Shown here in pieces: positions 1-12,394 of a stretch of 64,000 bases of DNA. Origin of the DNA: Macrostomum lignano (taxonomy: Eukaryota); assembly GCA_002269645.1 (NCBI GenBank), contig NIVC01000232.1, positions 388,297 to 452,296 on the forward strand. Reading direction: 5' to 3'. Within the stretch, counting starts at the first letter, position 1, and each line of letters opens with the position of its first letter. The notes below the pieces were generated by a model that was not told the DNA's origin, searched no databases, and saw only the letters and a list, made by a program, of their open reading frames with translations. The position numbers were made by a program, and so were the translations under genes.

Positions 1-70
1 TGTAGCACCGCGTGCAACAGGACTTAAGCGGTACTTAAGCAATCCGGGATTTGAAACACAAGCAGAAACT

Positions 71-141
<71 letters not shown>
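71..141. repeat. (GACA)n microsatellite
   Basis: Pure GACA run. Confidence 0.97.
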
Positions 142-154
142 TAAGACAGATAGA

Positions 155-945
155 AAAGCAGGCAGGCGGACACAGCCACAAAGACACAATCACACATAAA
201 GCAGGCAGGCGGACACAGCCACCAAGACACAATCACACATAAAGCAGGCAGGCACGCACAGCCACCAAGACACAATCACACATAAAGCAGGCAGGCGGAC
301 ACAGCCACCAAGACACAATCACACATAAAGCAGGCAGGCGGACACAGCCACCAAGACACAATCACACATAAAGCAGGCAGGCGGACACAGCCACCAAGAC
401 ACAATCACACATAAAGCAGGCAGGCGGACACAGCCACCAAGACACAATCACACATAAAGCAGGCAGGCGGACACAGCCACAAAGACACAATCACACATAA
501 AGCAGGCAGGCGGACACAGCCACCAAGACACAATCACACATAAAGCAGGCAGGCGGACACAGCCACCAAGACACAATCACACATAAAGCAGGCAGGCGGA
601 CACAGCCACAAAGACACAATCACACATAAAGCAGGCAGGCACGCACAGCCACAAAGACACAATCACACATAAAGCAGGCAGGCGGACACAGCCACCAAGA
701 CACAATCACACATAAAGCAGGCAGGCGGACACAGCCACAAAGACACAATCACACATAAAGCAGGCAGGCGGACACAGCCACAAAGACACAATCACACATA
801 AAGCAGGCAGGCACGCACAGCCACAAAGACACAATCACACATAAAGCAGGCAGGCGGACACAGCCACAAAGACACAATCACACATAAAGCAGGCAGGCGG
901 ACACAGCCACCAAGACACAATCACACATAAAGCAGGCACGCACAT
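155..945. repeat. 43-bp minisatellite (aaagcaggcaggcggacacagccaccaagacacaatcacacat), about 18 units
   Basis: Period 43 read directly. Confidence 0.95.
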
Positions 946-1889
946 CAACTCAAACAAAAGCAGGCAGATGACGAAAGTTCTAAACGTTCGTATAGAGAAA
1001 AATAGTCAGAGCTGCCAGCAGAAGCTAACAGAAGTAGCTGCCAACCCCCGGTGCTCCCGAACTGCGTGCATAAGCAGAGCAACTCAAAGCAACTACCATG
1101 GAACTCTGCCTAGATACTTGGCCTTTATAATTGCCAAGTCCAAGGGCTATTCTCAATCTTCAGCCTATATAAGCCAACTGAAAATCCATGCAGTGTCAAG
1201 CAGACAAAGGGCAAGCAAAATAAAGAATAATAGAAGATACTTAAAAAGAGAATGAGCGCTCTCTCTCTCTCTCTCTCGGTCTCTCTCTGTACGTGTCTTT
1301 GACTGTCCGACCACCGTCATGAGCAAAAGAAAACACGACCCAACCCTTACAGAGAGCCGGTTTGCTCTGTCTTTAAAGCTGGCAATTTTCCAACTGAAAA
1401 TTTAATTTTCAATTCCTATTCTTTGCCTAAATTCTATCAGGATTGAATTAAAAAGACCCCCGAGAAAACACACACTTCTATCTTTCCAACAACGAACCAA
1501 ATGTTAATTAGGTGAACTGGAGAATAAATAGCGAATAAAATAAGTATTTAAACTTCCATGGCACAGCAAACAGAGGGCAGAACGTGACTAAAAGTCTGTT
1601 TTTTGTAGAAAAATACATTAATCTCGGAGCCTTTATAAATTAGCAGAATTTGAGAATATAACTGCAGTGTTTGTGTGGCCTCGGTTCATTTGAAGAATAT
1701 TGTTCACCTGTTCTAATCTATTTGGGAGGCAATAAATTTAGTCATAGCTATACGCGAAAAGCAGATAACAGAGTTATTCTCAAAGAAAGAAATGGCGATT
1801 AAGAATTTGTGCTGGCAATGTAATGAAACATGTAAATCTATGACTAAGAGAAAATTTAAGCTGACATATGCGAAAACAGAGTACTAAGG

Positions 1890-2915
1890 AACAGAGAGGA
1901 AAGGAGAGGGAAGACGAAAGGAGAAAAGAGAGAAGAGGAGAGATGAGAAAAGAGAAGAGAGGAGAGAGGAGAGAAGAGGGGAGAGGAGAGAGGAAAGAGA
2001 AGAGAGGAGAGGAGAGGGGAGAGGAGAGAGGAGAGGAGAGAGGAAAAAAGATGAGAGAAAAGAAGAGAGAAGAGAGGAAGAGGAGAGGAGAGAGGAGAAA
2101 TGAGATAAGAGGAGAGGATAGAGGAGAGAAGAGGGGAGAGAAGAGAAGAGGCGAGAAGTGAGGAGATGAGAGGAGGGATGACAAATGAGAAGATATAAGA
2201 GAGGGGAGCGGAGAGGAGATGAGATGAGAGATGACAAATGAGAAGATATAAGAGAGGGGAGAGGAGAGGAGATGAGATGAGAGATGACAAATGAGAAGAT
2301 ATAAGAGAGGAGAGAAGTGAGGAGATGAGAGGAGGGATGACAAATGAGAAGATATAAGAGCGGGGAGAGGAGAGGAGATGAGAGGGAGGAGATGAGATGA
2401 GAGATGACGAATGAGAAGATATAAGAGAGGGGAGCGGAGAGGAGATGAGATGAGAGATGACAAATGAGAAGATATAAGAGAGGGGAGAGGAGAGATGAGA
2501 TGAGATGAGAGATGACAAATGAGAAGATATAAGAGAGGGGAGAGGAGAGGAGATGAGATGAGAGATGACAAATGATAAGATATAACAGAGGGGAGAGGAG
2601 AGATGAGATGAGATGAGAGATGACAAATGAGAAGATATAAGAGAGGAGAGATGAGATGAGATGAGAGATGATAAATGATAAGATATAAGAGAGGGGAGAG
2701 GAGAGGAGATGAGATGAGAGATGACAAATGAGAAGATATAAGAGAGGAGAGATGAGATGAGATGAGAGATGACAAATGAGAAGATATAAGAGAGGGGAGA
2801 GGAGAGATGAGATGAGATGAGAGATGATAAATGATAAGATATAAGAGAGGGGAGAGGAGAGGAGATGAGATGAGAGATGACAAATGAGAAGATATAAGAG
2901 AGGGGAGAGGAGACG
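1890..2915. repeat. GA-rich low-complexity tract grading into an approximately 50-bp minisatellite (gagatgagagatgacaaatgagaagatataagagagggga..)
   Basis: Direct reading; accounts for the Ser/Leu/Pro ORFs at 1780-3010. Confidence 0.9.
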
Positions 2916-3037
2916 GAAGCAAAATGGCAGGACAGAGAAAGCAAAGTTATCCCAGGAGCCAAATCGAATCCAACAGCTGGAGAGCAGACCCGATGACAAA
3001 ATTCAACCAAATGAGCAGTCTACATAGCAGTCTTCAC

Positions 3038-3368
3038 CTGACACCAGGATAGTCTGAGACTTTCCGCCAGTAAGATTGGCCAAACAGCCATCCTGTCGTT
3101 GCGACTGCAATCGCTGCGTGTTGGACCGGAGTTTGCGCAAATTATCAGCTAGCACGGCTCTATTGGAAGACTCTGGACCGTGTTGCTGCTGCTGTTGTTG
3201 TTGCTGTTGTTGCTTTAGCAGAAAATCGTCCATTTGTCTTTTAGCAGTCGGACTATTAATATTACTAGAATTATTATTCTCTAAGTTGTTCAACTCCGAA
3301 CAGTGAATCAGAGGCATTGAAGCGGATGTACTTAACGAACTTCCACTGAGATGACTACCGCTAGACAT
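3038..3368 (-). CDS. Candidate alternative first exon (Ser/Asn/poly-Gln rich), probably of the TBC1D30-like gene
   Basis: ATG (MSSGSH) at 3368, open to TCAG|GTGAAG donor at 3037; 331 nt, phase 1, the same phase as the 7190 exon; contains poly-Q. Confidence 0.4.
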
Positions 3369-4720
3369 TTTTTGTCTTTTTATACAGATGAGTTGCCTGA
3401 TTTTTAACAAAAATCTCAAAATTAAAACTATACGCCTACGATAGATGTGGACTCTGCAATAGTTCTGTTGGGATGTTATTTTTAGAGCCTACGGGCCCGA
3501 GTACAGATAGCTAGCATGTGTATATATAGGAAGAACTAGAAGGAAGAGAGGGAGGGGGAGAGAGGGAGACAGAGAGTACAGAGTACAGGGCCGGATGCAC
3601 TTACCCCTAACGTAGATCCTACAACCTACCGATCAATACGCTGATGCTGTGTCAGTGGTGTACATTAAGCAGATTTTGGCCTGCTGGCAGGGCGTGGGGA
3701 GGGCGGGTAAGGGGAAGAGAAAAGAGGGAGGATGAGAGGGGGGAAAATTCCCAAATTTAGCTTGAGCTATAGCAGCTCAAAGGATGCAATGGGAAGAGAC
3801 ACGAGACTGAGGACAGGGAGAAAAATGGGAAGCCAAAAAAGCATGGGATGAGCGGATTCACACACGGATCTATGTAGCTGCTAAACAAGACGATGGAGTG
3901 AAAATATAAGGAATGCAAAATGAAAAGAAATTTCTTTAGCAGGTCTGTTTGAACAGAGTTAAATAATAATAAGAGGCCGACGGAGACCTTGCTTAGCCCT
4001 CTTCTCAGCTCTGCCATTGGACAGAATAGAAGTCTTTTTATTCAAGCCAGCTAGCATAATTTCTATTGGATAATACACATGCAAATGGTACCTAGGCCAA
4101 GAAGCGTTCCTAGAGTCGGGGCAGGTAACACAGGTAAAATATGTATGGCAAGAAGTGACTTTAGAAGAATTTTTTAAAAAAAGGTCGAGATGTCCCGGTT
4201 ACAAATCGTCAAAGAGTCGCCTAAAAGTCAATTTGAGTCGTCTTATTGTTTTCTTCTTCTATAAATGACTCTGCGGCCGTAGAGTATAGTCGTTATACTC
4301 GTAGAATCACTAGAGTTTTTTGTGATTTTTGTTTCGTTTTCATACGTTTTAGGCCTTAAAAGTGTGTTTCGTTGTCTAGAATAAAATAAAATACAACCCG
4401 GAAAATACCAACGTCTACTTGAGTTTAGTAGAAAGTTAAGCACATTTTTTTGCAACTATACTCAGCAACATCGCCACTTTTGAGAGTGCAGGTGAAGTCA
4501 ATCTTTGCGAGTGACGCAACTTAGCTACGCCACGCGGCAGACTTGAGTTGAGGAATGAAGTGGGGGATAGCGGTGTGCGAGGGTTAGACAGATTGAAGCC
4601 ACCCCGATCAGTATTCTCGTATCTTTTGTCTCAGAACAGTCCAAGATAAACTGCTCACTAGCGCATAGAGTGCCGATTTTTCAATGTTGCGCCCTCTGCA
4701 ACTACAAGTTTAGTTATACC

Positions 4721-5178
4721 CACAGATTCTAGAATAACCAGATGGGCCACTCAGCACATTTGCGTGTAAGCTACTTTCAGTTCAGTAGCAAGTTAAACAG
4801 AAGCATTTTAATGTATTTTTAAAGCCAAGGCTCATTTATTGCTCTTACCCCCCTCCCCCACTTAAACCTCCAACCGCGCCTTTCCACACTACCCCCCTCG
4901 CCCCGCCCCACCCTAATTTTTATTGCCTTTCTCGGGATTCCAGCCTAAAGCGGCCATGTACATTTCAGTGGACTGGCTAATGTACATTACTGCCGAACCA
5001 ATTAGCAAGCTGTTTACGCCTGCAAGCTTGGGCTTCTAAACTTATCAAAGTCATTTCAGCTGCCTTTATTTTTATAAAATAGCTTATGTATACTTCCTTG
5101 CTACTGAACTGAAAGTAGAAAGCTGTTTTACTAAGTATATATGCCTGAGTGGCCCATCTAGTTACTTCAGTATCTGTG
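4721..5178. mobile_element. hAT-type MITE (458 bp), family A
   Basis: About 34-bp imperfect TIRs CACAGA(T/A)..AA(C/T)CAGATGGGCCACTCAG; exact 8-bp TSD GTTATACC (4713-4720, 5179-5186); no ORF; further copies at 55361 and 13683. Confidence 0.9.
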
Positions 5179-5884
5179 GTTATACCAAAACAAAACCTTT
5201 GAAGGTCAAAGCTACAGAATGCTTCAGCTGTGGAACTGGCGTCGCACAAAAATCTACTTAAGATAATAACAAATAAATGAAGCACTCGCCTATTGCACAT
5301 GGTTGACAGGCACAATAAGATTCCATGCCAGACACAGAGCAGATAGATATTAGGAGTTCAAAGGACTTTGCAGACAGGCACACGGCACTGGAATGCTAAC
5401 AAAAGATAGAAAAAAACACAGCTAAGATTGTACGGCTCGAGTAGACGAGCTGTCAATCAAACTGGACAAAAATCATGCGAATTGACAACATCTAGTCTAA
5501 GAAATAAATACACAACAAAGAACAAAAAATGTATATAGACAAATATTACCAGATTTGATGTCAATTTGTAAGTAGGCCTGAAAATAAATAATGAATTATT
5601 TAGCAATGAAAAACTAGACCTAATTCTCTTAGCTCCGATCTTATCACCTTTTTAAAATAAAACTCAAAAGATAAAAATCCGCAAATTCTCTGGAACTACT
5701 ACTGACACTCACCGAAAATAAACAGTAGGGCATAACGTGTTTTTTGTATAAGAAGATAACATCCGGTTTTTATGCAAGCTGACGTATTTGCGATATTTTA
5801 ATGTTATAATAATACAAATAATCGATTCTAAATGGCATTCTTAAAAAACACTTTGGGTCGATTCTTCAAATCCTAATAAAGTGA

Positions 5885-7090
5885 TTCTCATGGGGATTCT
5901 CAATGAGATTCTCAGGGTGATTCTCAGGGAGATATTCTGAGATTCTCAGGGAGATTCTCAGGGTCAATCTTATCTCAGACAGATTCTCAGGGAGATTTTC
6001 AGGGATATTTTCAGAGAGATTATTAGGGAGATTCTCAAGAAGATGCTCAGGGAGATTGTCAGGAAGATCTCAGGGTGAATCTCAGGGTCAATCATAGGGA
6101 GATTTTCAGGGATATTTTCAGAGAGATTCTCAGGGAGATTCTCAGAGAGATTTTCAGAGGGATTCTCAGGGAGATTCTCAAGAAGATGCTCAGGGAGATT
6201 GTCAGGAAGATCTCAGGGTGAATCTCAGGGTCAATCATAGGGAGATTTTCAGGGATATTTTCAGAGAGATTCTCAGGGAGATTCTCAGAGAGATTTTCAG
6301 AGGGATTCTCAGGGAGATTCTCAAGAAGATGCTCAGGGAGATTGTCAGGAAGATCTCAGGGTGAATCTCAGGGTCAATCATAGGGAGATTTTCAGGGATA
6401 TTTTCAGAGAGATTCTCAGGGAGATTCTCAGAGAGATTTTCAGAGGGATTCTCAGGGAGATTCTCAAGAAGATGCTCAGGGAGATTGTCAGGAAGATCTC
6501 AGGGTGAATCTCAGGGTCAATCATAGGGAGATTTTCAGGGATATTTTCAGAGAGATTCTCAGGGAGATTCTCAGAGAGATTTTCAGAGGGATTCTCAGGG
6601 AGATTCTCAAGAAGATGCTTAGGGAGATTGTCAGGAAGATCTCAGGGTGAATCTCAGGGTCAATCATAGGGAGATTTTCAGGGATATTTTCAGAGAGATT
6701 CTCAGGGAGATTCTCAGAGAGATTTTCAGAGGGATTCTCAGGGAGATTCTCAAGAAGATGCTCAGGGAGATTGTCAGGAAGATCTCAGGGTCAATCATAG
6801 GGAGATTTTCAGGGATATTTTCAGAGAGATTCTCAGGGAGATTCTCAGAGAGATTTTCAGAGGGATTCTCAGGGAGATTCTCAAGAAGATGCTTAGGGAG
6901 ATTGTCTGGGAGATTCTCAGAGTGAATCTCAGGATCAATCATAGGGAGATTCTCAGGGAGATTTTCAAAGAGATTCTCGGGGAGATTTTCAAAGAGATTC
7001 TCGGGAAGATTCTCAATGAGATTCTCAGGGAGATTCTCAATGAGATTCTCAGGGAGATTCTCAAGATTTTCAGGGAGATTCTCAGAACCA
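5885..7090. repeat. 12-bp-subunit satellite (gagattctcagg) with a 143-bp higher-order repeat
   Basis: gtgaatctca recurs at 6075, 6218, 6361, 6504, 6647. Confidence 0.95.
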
Positions 7091-7189
7091 ATCAGTGATA
7101 AAATAAACGAATCAAATCACCAAATGCATAAAAACAGGCAATAGAATTAAATGGTTTCCATAAACAAACAAACAGCAGAGCAAACTCAC

Positions 7190-7901
7190 TCCTCTTCTGG
7201 CTGGCAGCGTGCATAGCCGCAGTGAGCAGGTCGCAGCTCCGCTGCACCCTCGCCAATCGGTGATCCCTCCGTTTCAATTCTCTAACCAGCCTAGAAGACA
7301 CCTGTCCAACCCGAAGCTTCAATTCGCGGACAAGTCTGGTTAATTCTTCTATTGGCAGAGCCAGCAAATCTTCTTTTCTAGAAGCGGCCGCGGCAGCAAC
7401 AGCCGAGTGGAGTTCAGTGTCGCTAGGAGTTGAAAAACACCTGTTAGCATTCCGCCTAGCAGCCTGCTGTTGTTTGTACAGCGACAGGCCGCTTCTAAGA
7501 AATCCAAATCTAGACGTGATGGAAGCCGCCGATGCCAGCGCAGCCGCGGCAGCTGCCGCCGTAGCCGCCGACTCATTCGCCGTGTCTGTGTGCGTGTCCG
7601 ATTCGAAACTCGAGTCGCCAAAAAATCCGCCAAATCCTCCAGCGCCGCCGCGCCTGCCGCCGTAACCATAGCGACCGCCGCCTCCGCTGAACTGCAAGCG
7701 ATCGTAGATGTCAATCAACAGCGACTCGACTGTGGAACTTCGTCTGGCGCTGCCGGTGCCGCTGTCGATCTCGGCTATTCCAGCTAGAAGATCGGGTTGC
7801 TGCCTCTGCTGCTGGTGCTGCTGCGGTGAGGACGCAAAAACGTCATCGCACGAACCGTCGGTTTGAATCAAATCGCTCGACATGCTTTGCGGCAGTGCCA
7901 T
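7190..7901 (-). CDS. TBC1D30: TBC1D30-like gene, long-isoform first coding exon (DUF4682-type N-terminal region); TBC-domain exons not found in the window
   Basis: ATG (MALPQ) at 7901 to donor AGGA|GTGAGT at 7189 (712 nt, phase 1). EELTRLVRELKLRVGQVSSRLVRELKRRDHRLARVQRSCDLLTAAMHAASQKR closely matches my recollection of TBC1D30 NELKTILRELKYRIGIQSAKLLRHLKQKDRLLHKVQRNCDIVTACLQAVSQKRR; STVESLLIDIYD also matches. Identified from memory, not by search. Confidence 0.75.
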
Positions 7902-8039
7902 TTTGCCGTTAGTTTCTTTCGCAATTTTTTTACATGCAAGGAAATATGTTAGCAATGCAGTTAATGAATTAGCAAAAGCAGTTTCACAAATTTGGACACC
8001 CAACCTAATACCCGCACAAGCTTCACAAGCTCGAAAAAG

Positions 8040-8310
8040 GCTCTACAGCTCGAAGATTTACCAACTCGAATTTTCACAAACTCCAATCTTCACAAACTCG
8101 AATCTTCACAAACTTAATTCTATACAAAATCGAATCTGCACAAACTCGAATCTTTACCAACTCGAATCTCACAAACTCGAATCTTTACAAACTCGAATCT
8201 TCACAAATTCGAATCTGCACAAACTTCAAGAAGCTTCACAAACTTGAATCTTCACAAACTAAAATTTTCACAAACTCGAATCTTCACAAACTTGAATCTT
8301 CACAAACTTA
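8040..8310. repeat. 16-bp degenerate minisatellite (aaactcgaatcttcac)
   Basis: Direct reading. Confidence 0.85.
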
Positions 8311-8710
8311 AGGCTTCAAATTTTTCTAATTTTTATAGCTTCACAAATAGACTATTTAAAGAAAAAAATGCTCATTAAGTTAGGATAAAAAACAAGTAAA
8401 ATGTATTGAAGATTAGTTGGCAATTCTGCTTCTTTTTATGTCTGAAATACAAATTAAAGTCTAAAATAAAAAACTGGTAGGCAACTGTCGGATAGCCATG
8501 CAGATAAAAAATTGAAATAAAGATTTTATTGTAAAAACAATTTTATCAATGGAGATTCTTTAACGCACAAAAAACCTACTATTAGGTTAGTGAAGCACCT
8601 TCAAAAGCCCTGAAAATCTGGAATAACCAGCCTATATATCGGCTGGTTTAGAAGTGTACATTGGGGCAATCTGACACTTTCGATATTGATCGTAATAAGT
8701 GGAATGAGAT

Positions 8711-9460
8711 GCCCAGCAACTGAGGATCTGGGAGGCTGGCCCATCAACTGAGGATCTGGGAGGCTGGCCCAGCAACTGAGGATCTGAGAGGCTGGCCCAG
8801 CAACTGAGGATCTGGGAGGCTGGCCCAGCAACTGAGGATCTGGGAGGCTGGCCCAGCAACTGAGGATCTGGGAGGCTGGCCCAGCAACTAAGGATATGGG
8901 ATGCTGGTCCAGTAACTTACACTCTGGGAGGCTGGCCCAGCAACTGGGGATCTGAGAGGCTGGCCCAGCAGCTGAGGATCTGGGAGGCTGGCCTAGCAAC
9001 TAAGGATCTGGGAGGCTGGCCCAGCAACTGAGGATCTGGGAGGCTGGCCCAGCAACTGAGGATCTGGGAGGCTGGCCCAGCAACTGAGGATCTGGGAGGC
9101 TGGCCCAGCAACTAAGGATATGGGAGGCTGGTCCAGTAACTTACACTCTGGGAGGCTGGCCCAGCAACTGGGGATGTGAGAGGCTGGCCCAGCAGCTGAG
9201 GATCTGGGAGGCTGGGCCAGCAACTGAGGATCTGGGAGGCTGGCCCAGCAACTGAGGATCTGGGAGGCTGGCCCAGCAACTGAGGATCTGGGAGGCTGGC
9301 CCAGCAACTGAGGATCTGGGAGGCTGGCCCAGCAACTGGGGATCTGGGAGGCTGACCCAGCAACTGGGGATCTGGGAGGCTGGCCCAGCAACTGGGGATC
9401 TGGGAGGCTGGCTCAGCAACTGGGGATCTGAGAGGCTGGCCTAGCAACTGAGGATTTGGA
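8711..9460. repeat. 28-bp minisatellite (ggcccagcaactgaggatctgggaggct), locus 1, downstream of the caspase
   Basis: Period 28. Confidence 0.95.
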
Positions 9461-9764
9461 AGGTTGTTATACTGATTAAAAATAATGAAATTCTGCAGAG
9501 TAAAAACTGACAGGAAAGTGGCCTGGAATGTACCCTGGCAAAATAGCCACAGGAATGCATAATGAAGTTACAAAAATTATACTGAAAGAAGCGCAAAAGC
9601 AGCAAAAGTGATTTCGAAGAAAGAATTCGTATCTTTTTATAAAAAAACACGCAGTATAAATAGTGAAATTTTTAATATATAAATATATTGGAAAACAATG
9701 TTATCACAAGGGGACAAAATGAGATTCAAGTTGGACCGATTTTAAAGTTTTTCAATACGTTGAA

Positions 9765-12373
9765 CTATGACTCGCTACTAGGAGCAACCCTAGGAAGTTG
9801 AGGCGGCAGCTTCGGCCGAAAGTAGAGCAGCTTAGTCAGCTGACTGACCGATACGGGCATCTGCTTCTTACGGCTGGTAGCGGCTCTGTCTGTCAGGCTC
9901 TCGTGACGATTTGAAGCCACTTCGCGTTGTACACTAACCATCAGCTGACTGAACTCATGCCGGGTGCCCCATTGGTCCAGGACACGGCACAGCTCCTAGA
10001 ATAATCGGCGATAAAAGAGTGATAGTTTTGAAAGTCAAATTTTTGTTCAAATCAAAATCGAGGATCTGAGATGAGGCGATTCTTAGAAAATCCCTAATTC
10101 AAAACTGAGGATCTGAGATTAGGCGATTCTTAGAAAATTCCAAATTAAAATGGAGGATCTCAGATACGGCGATTCTTAGAAAATTCCTAATTCAAAACTG
10201 AGGGCCTGAGATGAGGCGATTCCTAGAAAATCCCAAATTAAAATTGAGGATCTCAGATAAGGCGATTCCTGGAAAATCCCAAATAAAATTGAGGATCTGA
10301 GATGAGGCGATTCTAAGAAAATCCCAAATAAAATTGAGGATCTCAGATGAGGCGATTCCTGGAAAATCCCAAATAAAATTGAGGGCCTGAGATGAGGCGA
10401 TTCCTGGAAAATCCCAAATTAGAATTGAGGATTTGAGATTAGGCGATTCCTATAAAATCCCAAATCAAAATGGAGGATCTGAGATGAGGCGATTCTTAGA
10501 AAATCCCAAATTAAAATTGAGGATCTGAGATTAGGCGATTCTTAGAAAATTCCAAATTAAAATGGAGGATCTCAGATACGGCGATTCCTATAAAATCCTC
10601 AAATCAGAATGGAGGATCTGAGATGAGGCGATTGTTAGAAAATCCCAAATTAAAATTGAGGATCTGAGATTAGGCGATTCCTATAAAATCCTCAAATCAG
10701 AATGGAGGATCTGAGATGAGGCGATTGTTAGAAAATTCCAAATTAAAATGGAGGATCTCAGATACGGCGATTCCTATAAAATCCTCAAATCAGAATGGAG
10801 GATCTGAGATGAGGCGATTGTTAGAAAATCCCAAATTAAAATTGAGGATCTGAGATTAGGCGATTCCTATAAAATCCTCAAATCAGAATGGAGGATCTGA
10901 GATGAGGCGATTGTTAGAAAATTCCAAATTAAAATGGAGGATCTCAGATACGGCGATTCCTATAAAATCCTCAAATCAGAATGGAGGATCTGAGATGAGG
11001 CGATTGTTAGAAAATCCCAAATTAAAATTGAGGATCTGAGATTAGGCGATTCCTATAAAATCCTCAAATCAGAATGGAGGATCTGAGATGAGGCGATTGT
11101 TAGAAAATTCCAAATTAAAATTGAGGATCTCAGATGAGGCGATTCCTGGAAAATCCTACAGAAACGTAACTTTAACTACGGTAATGTATTTACCAATAAG
11201 TATGAAATCATGAAATCATTAATATGACATCAAGGTTACGAAAACCGCACCTGAATGAACCAGGAGCCATACAGAGCATTCTTCCAGCTAAAATAGCCAG
11301 GCGGCGTAGAATAAAAGAAGAAATTATCTGCCTCAATCGGCAGCCGCTGCACCCTCTCCTCCTCCAGATCCTCGTCTTCCGGCAGATCGGCGTCCGTTTT
11401 TTCAACTCCGTCGTCGAAGGTAAAACCGCGACAGGCCTGCAGGGTTTTATGTTGAAATTAGCATTTCTGACTACTCATAAGTAGGATGGCTAGGTACTCA
11501 TAGAAAATTAAAAATATTAAATTTGCTCATAGGCTGAATAAGGTTGGCAGACTTCGCGCGTCTGAGAAGTCTAGCGATTGAGTACAGATCTGGGAGGCTG
11601 ACCCAGCAACTGAGGATCTGGGAGGCTGGCCCAGCAACTGGGGATCTGGGAGGCTGGCCCAGCAACTGGGGATCTGGGAGGCTGGCCCAGCAACTGGGGA
11701 TCTGGGAGGCTGGCCCAGCAACTGGGGATCTGGGAGGCTGACCCAGCAACTGAGGATCTGGGAGGCTGACCCAGCAACTGGGGATCTGGGAGGCTGGCCA
11801 ACAACTGAGGATCTGGGAGGCTGGCCAAGCAACTGAGGATCTGGGAGGTTGTGGCCCAGCAACTGAAAATCTGTGAGGCTGGCCCAGCAACTGAGGATCT
11901 GGGAGGTTGTGGCCCAGCAACTGAGGAATGAATCCTGGGAGGCTGGTGCTCACCTGGAAGAAGAACAGCTTAGGCTTGCCAATGAGGCTGGCGCAGTTGT
12001 CAGCCCGAAACGGCTTAGTAAGCTCGTCAACCTTCAGCGACCCATCTGTGCAGTAGATGATATCCTGCTCTCCATGCGACATCATGGCCAGTCCAAAGCA
12101 GTCATTGTCGCTGTGGTCCTTCTGGCCGTACTCAGCCAGCAGTCTACGCAGGTCGGCCAGCTTTAAATTTCTAAACGGCAGCACGTTGAAGCCGAGGATT
12201 TTGAAAGTCTCTTCAAGTTTTGCCGCGTCCAAATCAGAGCCTGTGCGCTCCTTTTGCCCGGTTCGCGACTCAAATTTCACCTGGTTGATGATTATAAAGA
12301 AACCCCGCTTCTTGTGGTCCATGCTGTACTCCAGCGCTGGGTCCAGTGGTGTATTGGGTAGCGGTGCGGTCAT
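9765..12373 (-). CDS. Effector caspase (caspase-3/7-like, short prodomain), 3 exons, 278 aa
   Basis: Exons 12373-11954, 11436-11251, 9995-9765, all phase 0 with GT-AG. Motifs: KRGFFIIINQ, RTGSDLDA, catalytic SHG, KPKLFFFQ|ACRG (QACRG split by intron 1), linker VEKTD/A, LPIEADNFFFYSTPPGYFSWKN..GSWFIQ, KKQMP..SQLTKLLYF, stop TAG at 9765-9767. Confidence 0.95.
10055..11157. repeat. 46-47-bp minisatellite filling caspase intron 2
   Basis: Unit gaggatctgagatgaggcgattcttagaaaatcccaaattaaaatt. Confidence 0.95.
11586..11953. repeat. 28-bp minisatellite, locus 2, in caspase intron 1
   Basis: Same unit as 8711-9460; runs up to the donor. Confidence 0.95.
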
Positions 12374-12394
12374 TGCTAATTATCACCATTAAGG

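Noticed and set aside
968-1255. 95-aa plus-strand ORF
   Set aside because: No recognisable motif or splice context.
1780-3010. Ser/Leu/Pro-rich 370-380-aa ORFs
   Set aside because: Translations of a GA-rich repeat, open in all three frames.
3038-3075. KSQTILVSG(E) as a myosin P-loop lead-in
   Set aside because: No upstream motor-domain sequence and no SGAGKT exon found downstream; an alternative first exon explains it better.
3480-4130. Possible LINE/Penelope UTR fragments or hammerhead ribozymes (also near 26350-27070 and 43560-43870)
   Set aside because: They look like repeat-derived sequence, but I found no hammerhead core, ORF motif or second independent copy to support a call.
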